A DNA stretch of 64,000 bases from Salisapilia sapeloensis CBS 127946 (lineage: Eukaryota > Protista > Oomycota). Below the pieces are notes generated by a model, which searched no databases, was not told the origin of the DNA, and worked only from the letters and a program-made list of their open reading frames with translations. The position numbers and the translations under genes were made by a program. Below are positions 23,232-33,981 of this stretch, piece by piece (positions within the stretch are counted from its first letter, which is position 1; the number at the start of each line of letters is the position of its first letter). The stretch lies in the NCBI GenBank assembly GCA_023334545.1, contig JAADVB010000068.1, positions 13,468 through 77,467 on the forward strand. The letters are read 5' to 3'.

Positions 23232-25145
23232 ATGAGTGAAGGAACACGCTCATCGTCCAGTAGAGACCAATCCGATTCCTGTGATGACCAATGCTGCAGC
23301 CAGCATCCACGACGGCGTCGATTCTGGCGGAATGTCTTCAAGCAATTTAATTTCCCAGTCGACTTAGAGCGACAGCTCCTGCTCCCACTAGCCGATGGTA
23401 TCGACTGGACACACATGAATATCCTCCCTCGGTCGTTCATGGAACGCCATCGAGAAGTTTTTTACCTCATCGCAGACCACCAGTATGCATGGTCGGACGA
23501 TATCGAGCGAGACGTCACACGCACCTTTAGCATCTTTAACGAGTCTGATGACATTCTATCTCGACATCAATCTCTCTTTCGAGTTCTGAACGCACTAGCA
23601 GAGGCAGAAGGCGGGTACTGTCAAGGTATGAACTTCATCGCCGCTCTTTTCCTCGTAGAAGGAGTCGAGGAAGCAGACGCATACGCTCTGTTCTTATATC
23701 TCCTACGCAAACGTCATCTCGGTCGCATCTTCCAGCGTAAATCGACGTATCTAGACGACTACCTGCACCACTTTAGTCGTATGCTCCAGACGGAACTACC
23801 AGACTTGCATAGCCATCTTCTAGCACAAGGCTTTTCGATCCCCATGTACGGCGTCGAGTGGATCACCACTTTGTTCACTTTGTCCTGTAAAACCGAGTTG
23901 GCCTGTGCTATCCTCGACATGTTTTTCGTTGGCATCCGCGACATCTTTCTTCGTCTAGGTCTTGCGATATTCAAACTCCTTGAACCGAAACTCCTTTGCA
24001 TGACACTAGAAGACTTTTTACTGGAATTTAAACCTCTCGTTCGTCAGATCGATCCGTATCAAGCAGTCTTCCAAGCCCTGACGTTCCATCCGAACCCACT
24101 CGTCGGCTCCGAAGACACGACACTCTACCTCTCTCGCGTCCATACTCAACTGCAGTTGAGTCTAAATACCATAAGCGACTGTCCACTTCCTCCTCGATCC
24201 TTTCGCAGACACCACACATTCCCTCCGTACCTCGTACAAGCCATAGAGGACAATGACTTTCCAGTCGTGTACCATGCATGGCAAGCTCTCGTGCATCGCC
24301 GACCGTTCGCATACCATTGCACCGTCCTATCGAACGAGATACTGCACTTTAGTGTCTGGTTCGGTCGCACTTCACTTGCTGTCTTCGCCATCGAACGGTG
24401 TGGCGCCGACGTGAACAATATGGACGACTGGAACCTCACGCCACTACACTTTGCTGCCATTCGCAATCAACCAGACGCGATACGACTGCTTCTGTGCTAT
24501 GGAGCTGACGATCTCGTGTCTGGTGGGACGTGGGACCGGAGTCTAGAAGGACTCACGCCATTGGAAACGTGTGAGAACTGGCGCTTTAATGACACCACAG
24601 CCGCCAAGTTCGTCCTCGAGCAAAAGATCTGTCTGTACTGCAACACTCGTATCGAGTGGCTCGACTTTGGTGCAGCCTCATGCTCCCGATGTCGATTCCA
24701 GTACTGTGATCGACCGTACGCAGCTTGTATCGCCAAGCACCATTGTCCAAGTGACTACCACCCGAGACAGCAGTCCCCAGCGTCCTTGCAAGGCGATCCC
24801 GAGCGCAGTCTATCGTCCATCGAGTGGAGTCGACGCAGTGGTAATAACAGCGCGTCGGACTCTTCTTTCATCTACATTCCGTCTCCCGTGCATGCTTTTT
24901 CATGCAACGAAGACGAGGAAAGCGATATCTTTAGTGACTACGTTCCAGAACGTCAAAGTGTCCTTGAGTTTCCAGACCATCCGACATGGTATTGCAACGC
25001 TTCCACTTGTCACTTTGTCTTTGTCTTTTATTCCCATCGTGGTCATTGCCATACTTGTCAAGGATACTTTTGTTCCTCTCACTTTACGACTTCAACGAAA
25101 GTCTGTACGTCCTGTCAAGAACACAAGTACAAGTACGAAAGATAA
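23232..25145 (+). CDS. Rab-GAP TBC domain protein with ankyrin repeats and C-terminal FYVE-like zinc fingers
   Basis: Arg finger IERDVTRT and Gln finger GYCQGM; ankyrin GADVNNMDDWNLTPLHFAA; Cys-rich C-terminus. An upstream exon near 22990 is possible but unproven. Confidence 0.85.
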   Translation: MSEGTRSSSSRDQSDSCDDQCCSQHPRRRRFWRNVFKQFNFPVDLERQLLLPLADGIDWTHMNILPRSFMERHREVFYLIADHQYAWSDDIERDVTRTFSIFNESDDILSRHQSLFRVLNALAEAEGGYCQGMNFIAALFLVEGVEEADAYALFLYLLRKRHLGRIFQRKSTYLDDYLHHFSRMLQTELPDLHSHLLAQGFSIPMYGVEWITTLFTLSCKTELACAILDMFFVGIRDIFLRLGLAIFKLLEPKLLCMTLEDFLLEFKPLVRQIDPYQAVFQALTFHPNPLVGSEDTTLYLSRVHTQLQLSLNTISDCPLPPRSFRRHHTFPPYLVQAIEDNDFPVVYHAWQALVHRRPFAYHCTVLSNEILHFSVWFGRTSLAVFAIERCGADVNNMDDWNLTPLHFAAIRNQPDAIRLLLCYGADDLVSGGTWDRSLEGLTPLETCENWRFNDTTAAKFVLEQKICLYCNTRIEWLDFGAASCSRCRFQYCDRPYAACIAKHHCPSDYHPRQQSPASLQGDPERSLSSIEWSRRSGNNSASDSSFIYIPSPVHAFSCNEDEESDIFSDYVPERQSVLEFPDHPTWYCNASTCHFVFVFYSHRGHCHTCQGYFCSSHFTTSTKVCTSCQEHKYKYER

Positions 25146-25241
25146 ATAAAATACATGTATACCTACATTTGCAAAGCCTCAAGACAAATTATCGTTATAA
25201 AGAAAAAAGAGAAAAACCTACGGACTAGTGTACATGAACGC

Positions 25242-28200
25242 TTAGGCATCCAATATCGATGAGCTCGTGTCATCATTGCTAATTTCGACCGTCTCCACGT
25301 CCGACACTTGTCCTGGCGTCGAACTATCGCTCGGAATCAATGAATCGCCACTTGACATGACGGTCGATAAAAACCTCGAGCGTGCCATGCCTTCATTCGC
25401 CTGTCCATGGGCATCGTAATACGCTTGCAATTGACTCGCATCAAAGCTTGCGGATTTCGACCGGAATGAACGAAACTTGGCTGGAGAGTACTTGGCGACA
25501 CCAGCAATCGCGAGCCCTTCCTCCTCACTATCATCACTATCCTCCTTCTCAAGCGTCTTATCCTGCAGACGTTTTAGTTCGTGCTCATAGTGTCCAATAT
25601 TCGTCTGCAGATTATCGTAGCAGACTTGCAAGTCAGGGAACATGGTGAGCATGAGTTCCCATAGTGGATGCACAATCTTCTGCGCAAAGAAGAGCTGACT
25701 ATCGACCATTCGAGTCGGATCACTAAGCTGTTCATTCGTCACTGGCATGTTCTCCGCACGTTCCAAAAGCGCTTGGAACGCAAACTCTTTCGCGATCAAG
25801 TTACTCCACTTGAGTGCCACTGGTTTCTCAAACACTTGACCGCTCAAGTCACTCGCATGCACGACTGTCTTGACGACAAACAGTCGATCTTCCAACGAGC
25901 CATGGAAAACCCATCCACTCCGCATCACTCGCTTCTTACTCGGTGTTACTTGAGGTCGCTCGACCTTCGCTTCTCCCAAACAACTCGGACAGGAACCTCG
26001 AGCATTCGACACCAAGTTACTGGACGACTGGAGGACGCTACCACGCAGGACTCCTCTGATCACTGTCGAACTTTTCGTTCGATCGAGTGCCAAGCGATCT
26101 AACTGCGAAGACGAAGCACTCTCCCTACGACTATTCGCAAACGACTCGGTCGCGAGGTGTGGTGCAGTCGGTCGAATGACTTTCTCGAGCTCTTGACAGA
26201 ACTGGAAATGAGACGTCATGTCCGTCCCAAGGATCGAGTTAATCACCATCTTCCGGACATGCCGATAGTCTGGTGCACTTAGATGCTCCAAAACATTCCC
26301 GTCCTTGGTCTTCATCAAGATCCGGAACGTCGTCGAGGCATGATGCCGCTCGAGGATGCTGTCATCCGAGTAGAGGACGGCCAAGTGCGACGACGAGTGC
26401 ATCTCAAACGCATTCGTATGCCCTGGATGATCGACGTCGTGACACAACGCAGCGATCATACAAGCAGCTTTATCCAGTGGCTGTAGAATCTCTGCTGCTT
26501 CAGTCTTCGTCAGCATCAAATACGACGCATGGGCGACGGAGAAGGCGTGATAAAAGTTATGGAACGGATTCGGATGATACTGTTCTCGAACCGCATTAAT
26601 AAAGTTACGAATGACAGGACGAGATGTTCGGAGGACGACATCCAAATTCAAATCTAAAAACATGTCCTCCAATAGACCAGGCAGACTGTCCACATCGGCA
26701 TCAAATACGTTAAACTCCCACGACGGAATACGCGTCGCCTGGACAAAATTCGCAAGCTTGGTCGCGTTTTGTTTCTCGCCATCACTCGGATGACTTGACA
26801 CGGCCTGAATAGTCTCTTCACCTCCAGAGGGTGTCGTACCATCACTTGCTTGCTGTACAGCTTTAAACAAGTCGTCTGCATCATCATCTCGAGTACCACC
26901 CATGATAGACGGATAGGACGTGTAGCATTCAAGTAAATTCACTTGACTCTTCGCTCTCTGTGCCAACACTTTCTCCGCTCGTGTATCCGCGAGGAGCTTA
27001 ATGTACTTGAGTTCATTATGTCGACGACGCAAGATGACTGCGACTTCACTCGCGAATGCTTCGAATGCACATTCGTCGTCAAAAGTAAAACTATCCTCAT
27101 CCTGCTTATTCTGTATCTCTAACACGGCGATCGGACGAGACGTCTCGCTCGTACCGTGGGAGCCTACTGGAACGTACAAGGCGCTAGATGTCTCTTCACC
27201 TGCTACCTGGTCTACGTCCTTATCAAAACGACTGTCGGATGCTGGATCACTGATGTTGATCGTCTGCCGTGACGTCGCGGCTAGGCCCACCGCGCTGCCG
27301 TGGAGAGGTCGACGTGTAGGACTCTGCTGGCCGTAGGAAGACTGGAGCGCCCACAGCTCATTCGTTTCCCAGTCGACCATGAAGAGCTCGAGTCGATCGG
27401 CACGTGTGATATGACTCGCACCGGCGATGACGCCGTCTACGAGCTTGACGACCGTGTCGTCGCTTTCAGACGAACTGATGATGTGAAGCAAGGCCTTTTG
27501 CGTTCGTTCGGAGAGTAAAACGTCGTGGTACTCAATGCACTTGCGCATACAGGCGCTGAGGACAGGTCCGAGCCACGTGAGGAGCTTCATGTCCAAGTGG
27601 TCGAGCTCTGCTAGCGTCGGTTGGCTCGTAGTGGCTTCCACGACTGCGTAGACCACGTCACTCTCGGTTAACGGGACGCAGTAGAGCTTTTGACCGGCAA
27701 ACGTCTGCTCTAGATCGACCTCTTCCTCGTACTGATCGTACGAGGCAAAGTCAGCGTAAAGCTCTGGCTCTTTTGATTCCAGCGCGAGACTCACGAGTCC
27801 GCGACCGACATCCATACCAGATGCAGCCGACTTACCTCTCGCCACGCGAGACATGACTTTAGTCTGCTGATCGAGGAAGAAGACAGCGCTCGAAGATGCG
27901 TGGACGTGGTGCTCGAGATACTCTAGTACGAGCCCAATCATCTGGACGACGTCGTTTTCCGTCAAGATGCGCTGCACGAGCTCCCAAAATGCTCGGTGCT
28001 TGCGTTCTGATACGGCTTCACTCATCTTCCCACCGACTTGACGAGGTCGTTCCTCGGTTTCTGTAGATGTAGGCTCTTGCTGGAGTCGATTGCCCTTGTC
28101 GGAAGGTAGTGGCGTGGATGCTTGCTCTCGGTGTAGCGTAGCAGACTTTTGAAACGGGTATGACATGGTGGATACATCTTCCGACGGAGATGTTACATCC

Positions 28201-28481
28201 GTTTGAGCACCGCTATTCGGACTCGAACCTGCTTGCGTGTGTGTGGTGCTATTGGCACTGTCACTCGACTGTAGCTCCATACTGGCGTTCGATTCGATCG
28301 TCGAAGACAGTGTCGGTGCGTCGGAATAGGTCTGTGTTTTCTCCTTCTCCTGTGGTTCGTGTGCGCTGTATCTCGTATCGCTATGATCGTCTTCAGTCGA
28401 GTTATTTTCCACTTGAATCGATTCGTAGTGGTTCATGACAGTCTTGGCCGTCTCCAATGGCTTCGACGTGATATTCCCCAT
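25242..28481 (-). CDS. Class I cyclic-nucleotide phosphodiesterase with two GAF domains, intronless
   Basis: HNFYHA, HDVDHPG, SILERHH, ILGTDM, HASDLSGQ and SQLFF catalytic motifs. GAF signature EIQNKQ..FTFDDE. First ATG at 28481 (MGNITSK). Confidence 0.93.
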   Translation of the reverse strand: MGNITSKPLETAKTVMNHYESIQVENNSTEDDHSDTRYSAHEPQEKEKTQTYSDAPTLSSTIESNASMELQSSDSANSTTHTQAGSSPNSGAQTDVTSPSEDVSTMSYPFQKSATLHREQASTPLPSDKGNRLQQEPTSTETEERPRQVGGKMSEAVSERKHRAFWELVQRILTENDVVQMIGLVLEYLEHHVHASSSAVFFLDQQTKVMSRVARGKSAASGMDVGRGLVSLALESKEPELYADFASYDQYEEEVDLEQTFAGQKLYCVPLTESDVVYAVVEATTSQPTLAELDHLDMKLLTWLGPVLSACMRKCIEYHDVLLSERTQKALLHIISSSESDDTVVKLVDGVIAGASHITRADRLELFMVDWETNELWALQSSYGQQSPTRRPLHGSAVGLAATSRQTINISDPASDSRFDKDVDQVAGEETSSALYVPVGSHGTSETSRPIAVLEIQNKQDEDSFTFDDECAFEAFASEVAVILRRRHNELKYIKLLADTRAEKVLAQRAKSQVNLLECYTSYPSIMGGTRDDDADDLFKAVQQASDGTTPSGGEETIQAVSSHPSDGEKQNATKLANFVQATRIPSWEFNVFDADVDSLPGLLEDMFLDLNLDVVLRTSRPVIRNFINAVREQYHPNPFHNFYHAFSVAHASYLMLTKTEAAEILQPLDKAACMIAALCHDVDHPGHTNAFEMHSSSHLAVLYSDDSILERHHASTTFRILMKTKDGNVLEHLSAPDYRHVRKMVINSILGTDMTSHFQFCQELEKVIRPTAPHLATESFANSRRESASSSQLDRLALDRTKSSTVIRGVLRGSVLQSSSNLVSNARGSCPSCLGEAKVERPQVTPSKKRVMRSGWVFHGSLEDRLFVVKTVVHASDLSGQVFEKPVALKWSNLIAKEFAFQALLERAENMPVTNEQLSDPTRMVDSQLFFAQKIVHPLWELMLTMFPDLQVCYDNLQTNIGHYEHELKRLQDKTLEKEDSDDSEEEGLAIAGVAKYSPAKFRSFRSKSASFDASQLQAYYDAHGQANEGMARSRFLSTVMSSGDSLIPSDSSTPGQVSDVETVEISNDDTSSSILDA

Positions 28482-28730
28482 CTTCTCAATTGGAAAAATG
28501 AATAAAGCGAAAAGAGACTTGTCACGAGTGTCGCAGTGATACAAACGGTGTGGACAGAATACGTTGACGTTGGTAGTACTCAAAGGACAAACGTGGTGTT
28601 GGCTTTTCCACAATGTCTTTAATAAGCAAGTGGCAAGTAGATTGAAAACGTGGCTACTAAAGCTGCTGAAATCGATCGAAGACAGGATGAACGATAAAAA
28701 AAAGAAAAGAAATGGGACAAATTCTTTCAC

Positions 28731-29526
28731 CTAGACATGCACATACGTCAAGAGGAGCACGAGCATCGTTGCTGGACTGGGCGTAAAGTCGGAGAGAGAC
28801 GACCAGTGCGTCGACTCGGCATACAAGAAGTCCATACTATGCTTCAACGACGGATGTAGCGTTGAAGCGTGGGTCTCGTAAAGATACATGACGGCTGCCC
28901 AAACCTGCAGAGACAAGGTGAGGAGCGAAAGAGAGTTTACAGGCTCTAGATAACGTACGCCTGCTGCAAAGGCGGGATAGACGTCCTGGAAGCGGATCTG
29001 CGCGAACGGACGGATACCTTTGGCGGCTGCGAGACGGAAGGAGGCCACGACCACCCGCGCCATGACGTACATGGTAATCTGTTACCACGTTAGACATGCA
29101 CCCGTTTGTAGATGGGTACAAGGGAAACCTGGTAGTTGACGCTGCTGTACTTGCCCCAGATAAAGTATCCGGCAATAGCACCGGCGACGGCCGCATGCCA
29201 TCCTTGGGCCGGTCGACCAGCCGTCGTCACCGCGTGTGCGTGACGACTGACATGGTCATGCCGCAAGAGCTCTATAATGACCTTGTAGATGGCAACGTAA
29301 ATCGCGAGACCCTTGGAATGCTCAAATGTCAGTCGGACGACATTTCGCAGTTTTTCACGCATCGTGCCGTGGCGGAACAAGAAGCTCATGACGAACGCTG
29401 TCGCATAGAAATGAGGGAGATGTAGATGTCGTGTACACGTAAAGGAAAACCATGGGGTGCGCGGATCTTGGTGCCATAGTAGGAGCCGTTCCGAAGGCCG
29501 CGGAGGACTGCGAGTGCGCTGTCCAT
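28731..29526 (-). CDS. PXMP4: Peroxisomal membrane protein 4 (PXMP4/Pmp24, Tim17 family); 4 exons
   Basis: MDSALAVLRGLRNGSYYGTKIRAPH-AFVMSFLF...VNYQ-ITMYVMARVV...-VWAAVMYLYE...SLKHSMDFLY. Three GT-CAG introns. Confidence 0.88.
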
Positions 29527-30018
29527 TTCAGATTCCGACGTTATATGATATCACTGCGGTACGGTATCGGATATAAATACGCTTCTCATTACTATCTGTA
29601 CATCCACATCTTCCACAGTCGTACTCGTCTTCAAGTCTACCTCGTTCTCTGTCCTCATGCGACCTAAACCAGCACGACGCTCGAATATACATTCTACTTG
29701 ACACAATGGTCTTGTCGTTGTACCTGTTAAGCAGCATCTAGGTCATGTTTCTGAATAGGTTCAGAGCCCATCTCAGGTCATGTACCCTCCTGATATCATG
29801 ATACGTCGCCTATAAAAGCAACTAGCTACCTCTACCTAATCTAAATCGTATTTAAAGCTCATCATCTGTATCTACTGCGAAGCTGGTCGAGTACCATCGC
29901 CAAGCGTCGCCATCTCCCGCTTCCCACTTGTACTTGACTAAAGTATAGTGGAGGAAAGAAAAGAGCAGATTTGGCTTCGTTCGGAAGTGGAAATCGACCG
30001 CCGTTTATCCCGCTACGT

Positions 30019-31736
30019 ATGAAGAAGCAGGTCGTGTACTCGACGAAAAAGGTGCCCAAACGGACGGAGCACACGCCTCCACCTGATGCTGAACAATCGA
30101 GTTCAGCCATACCTTCCATGCCGAAGAAAACGAGCCGTAAAAAGAGTAGACATCAGCTCGTCAAGGGACTTAAACCGTCGAAAGCATTGCTCCAATTCGA
30201 CTTCCTCACCGTCTCCCAATGCGTCGAGAAGATGACTACAGATGACGCTATCGCGACACTACTTACGAATGAACAGGGACAGCTCACAGGCATCCTCACC
30301 GACCGCGTATGTGGATTAGAAATAGAGGCACAGCGTGGTATTCATGATGCATGTAGGACATTGCGTTGAAAGTAGTCGCGGCAGGAAAGGATCCTAAAGT
30401 AACGATCGTATCGCACGTCATGACCAAGAACCCGTCGTGCGTCAAGACCGACACGACCGCCATCGACGCACTGAAGAAGATGATCACCGGCCAATTTCGA
30501 CACTTGCCAGTCATTGAGAACGAACAGGGTATTTGTACTATCCTACCATGCTCTACTTTCCTACTAAAAATCATGTATAGTTGTCGGAATACTAGATATC
30601 GCCAAGTGTCTGTACGAGTCTATAACGAAGATCGCTAATGCCTATAACAACGCTGACCATGGTCTCTCCGAAACCGTCAAGAAGGTCACATCCTCTTCTC
30701 AACCTCCTCCTCTACCTACTAACCCTCCCTCTAGCTCGAACGACAGATCCAAGCTTCCTCTGCAGAAAACCTATTCGAAACCTTGCGGCAGAAACTCTTC
30801 GTCCCGACGCTCTCCGCTCTTTTAAACGACGAATCGGACTGTCCAGTCATGTTCCCCTCCTCTTCTGCCATGGCTGCCGCAGAACTCATGCTCCAGAAGA
30901 ACATTAGCGCTGTCATGGTCTGTGATCCAACTGGACGTAGCTTAGGTATCTTCACGACGAAAGACTTGATGCGTCGTGTCGTGTCAGTAGACAAAGATCC
31001 TACTTCTGTCATCCTCCTGGACGTTATGACTCCTAATCCACACTCTGCACAGCTCAAGACGACGATCCTCGAGACACTCCAGTCCATGCACAACGGACGT
31101 TTCTTACATGTACCTGTTTACAATGACGAAAAGGAACTCGTAGGTCTCGTAGATGTCTTACAAGTATCCTACGGCATCGTCCAACAAATGGCAACGTTCC
31201 AAACAAAGAACGAGAGCGTTCGTCCGCTCTGGGATGAATATAGAAGCAGTCTCGACGCGAGTGATAGCTCCAGTCGTCTCAGTTCATCCCATCACCATAG
31301 TCAGCCAGACCTCACGCGTCTTGAAGATCCAATTGACGAAGATCCGATTCAAGAACACACACCCGATGTCTTTGTCTACAAGGTCGTCGATTGGTATGGC
31401 ACGACCCATCGCTTCACGAGTTCTGCGGAAAGCGTCCAGGAACTCCTTCGAGACGTCCAGACACGTCTTGGAGATCATACGATTCGAAAGATGGATTACG
31501 TCGATGATGAAGGCGACCAAGTCCTTCTCTTTAAAGACGACGACCTGAAGGATGCCGTCCGTCGAGCTCGGACGTGGGGCAACAAGTACATTCGCCTCAT
31601 GATCCCCCACCGTCGTCTCTACGCGCGTCCGTCTGGCTTTGAACATGCTGGAGACGGCGTCTTTGGCATCGTCTACTACGCCGCGGCAGCTGCTGCGATC
31701 GCAGGTGCATCCTTCTTCCTCAGTCGTCGTAGGTAG
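30019..31736 (+). CDS. CBS-domain (2 pairs) plus PB1 domain protein with C-terminal TM (CBSCBSPB type); 4 exons, 5' end uncertain
   Basis: LTGILTDR-DIALKVV, VMTKNP..FRHLPV, GIFTTKDL, MHNGRFLHVPV; PB1 YVDDEGDQV; tail IVYYAAAAAAIAGASFFLSRRR*. Three introns. Confidence 0.88.
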
Positions 31737-31814
31737 ATGGCAGATAGGAACGGAATACACGTTTGCGTTGCTTTTTCTTTTGTATTATTTTCTTTTCTTT
31801 CTCTTTCATCAAGG

Positions 31815-32864
31815 TTACGAAGTGATCGATGTCGAGTGAGGTGGCTCCGGATGAAGAAAGGATGGGAAAGCAAAGCGTTGAACGGCATACGATAGGTGGC
31901 CGACACTCATGGCGGAAAGCAAGGCTAAGCTTTTCCAGGAAAAGAGATGAGGAAAGTTGTAGAAGAGCGTCCAGAAACCGTAGAGACCGACGCCAGTGAC
32001 GACCAATAGGGTGTTCGTCGGATGCGCCAGACCTTTGAGCTCGAAGTCTTGAGTGGATTCCGGATGAGCTTGCGCTAGGGTAGAGTGAGAAACAGACGAG
32101 AGGAGGGTGATAGGATGGACGTACGGGAGTCAGTGATGACGCTGTGGATGACACCGTCTTCTTCGATGCCGTATTCGCCCATGCTCCGACCTCGCATGAG
32201 CAGCATACCCTACAAGAGGAGGTGAGAGAAGATCGAGAGAAGGGATACAAGGACGTACCATGTAGATGAGTCGGACTTTTTTATTCTGAGCGACTTCATG
32301 TGGGAAGAACTAGACGAGTGAACTTAGGAATGGTGTGAGGAGTGGGATGGGTAGCTAGTACCTCGCTGATAAAGTCGTCCACTAACTCCGTCGGCTTGAA
32401 CCACGCCGTGCGCATGCGTTCACCTGTTGTAAATGAATATACTATCCATTGCGCTATATAGGAGGAGAGGTACCGTATCGGAGTCTTATTGCCAGGAAGC
32501 CTTCCGGCACTGTCGATGTCCTATGGGATGGTCATCCATTAATCATGAATCTCGTCTATCGCGGAGATTCCGACTCGACGTACCCTCCAGCTCTCGCCGT
32601 ATCCGACGTCACTTGCCACTCTCCATGTGTCTATACATATACATACTGTATGAGTTTCTTATCAATCGTATAAGTACGCTAGGAGCTACCTCTCGTCCTT
32701 CTCCAGCGACAGCGGCGATGACTCTATCCCCATCAAGTATGACAATATCCATCTTCCTAGTTAATAAACTGCCAATCGGATGTAATTCATAGTAGCAAAT
32801 ACTCTGCATCATCACTGACGATCGTCCAGTCATCCAACGTCGGTGCATTCGTCTCACTTGGCAT
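31815..32864 (-). CDS. Transmembrane and ubiquitin-like domain protein (TMUB/Dsc3-like); 8 exons, about 226 aa
   Basis: Seven GT-AG introns join short exons into one frame: ...IRLRYGERMRTAWFKP...FFPHEVAQNKKVRLIYMGMLL...GIEEDGVIHSVI, then two hydrophobic segments (LLVVTGVGLYGFWTLFY; SLALLSAMSVGHL). Confidence 0.75.
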
Positions 32865-33011
32865 GCTTCTCACACTCGTCCTTGCTATTCTCAGTTTGTA
32901 GTGTACAACTTTTGAAACTCCCATTCTATACCATACTCAACTCAGGTGGTTGGAGATAGTTAAATGGGGTACTTTTGACATGAATATCTGGACATCAACG
33001 ACGAAATCGAA

Positions 33012-33959
33012 ATGAACGACTTTCGGATGGAACAATTGCAAGAAGTAGAGTGTCTATGGAGTATGTTTCCAGATACAAAGGAATTGGAGATGGAGACAAA
33101 GACGAAAGAGTACTTGGAGACTTTTATCAATGATCTCGAGAGTGTCAGGATTCCGGAAGCGACGAAATTAGCCTATACGATTCGCTTTCAGGTAAGAGTA
33201 TTGACTGTTCTGATTTGTAGAAGCAGTGTTTACAGTGTATGAATACAGTAGAATCTCGAAATGGAAGATGGGAGTACGCCAGAGCTTGCGATATCGTACC
33301 CACCAACGTATCCCGATACGCCGCTCGACTTTACACTCGTGTCCTGCGCTTCTTTATCCAGAGACCAAATGCAGTCTCTACGATCACAACTCGAGGACAT
33401 CGCAACAGGTTCGCCAGGTCAAGTTATAGTCTTAGAACTCTACCAGTGCATGCTGGATTTCCTATCCGACATCCAAGCACAAAACGACGAATTAAAAGCA
33501 TCCATGGAGACTATGCAGCTAGAACAAAAGCAGTCAGAACAATCTAGAGTAGTGCTAGGCCGACGAGCCATCTACTTCCACCATATTATAAACCCCAATA
33601 AGCAAAAAGTAGTAAAGGAATGGGCCATCGAGCTCGAACTCGGTGGCTACGGCAAGATCGGATGGCCTGGCATCGTCATCGTCGAAGGCGATGAAGACAA
33701 TGTCCAAGAGTACGTCCGGAGATTACAGCATCTCAAGTGGAAGCAAATGGTCGTGCGAGGAGAACAGACTCAACTAAGTCAGGACAATGAATCCATTGAT
33801 GACTTACGCGTCCTTCCTAAACGCTTCGAACCATTACCAGAGAACGGAATGCCGCGCTTGGCATCTGAATGCGAGAAAGCTGGTCTAAAATCATTATTCC
33901 TCGCAACTATGAAGATCTATAATCGAGAGGAAGATACCTCGCGGCAATTTCAAAAATAA
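33012..33959 (+). CDS. RWDD2: RWD domain-containing protein 2-like (RWD plus DUF1115); 2 exons
   Basis: EQLQEVECLWSMF, YPPTYP, IYFHHI, EWAIELELGGYGKIGWPGIVIVEG. One GT-AG intron at about 33192-33251. Confidence 0.85.
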
Positions 33960-33981
33960 AACAAAGGGTCGTGTTGCTACT

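Noticed and set aside
28482-28730. Long in-frame N-terminal extensions given by the ORF track (PDE, eIF6, BRE1, 17136 ORF, ACS-like)
   Set aside because: They mostly start at TTG/GTG or other non-ATG codons and translate UTR-like, low-information sequence. The downstream ATGs match the expected protein starts.
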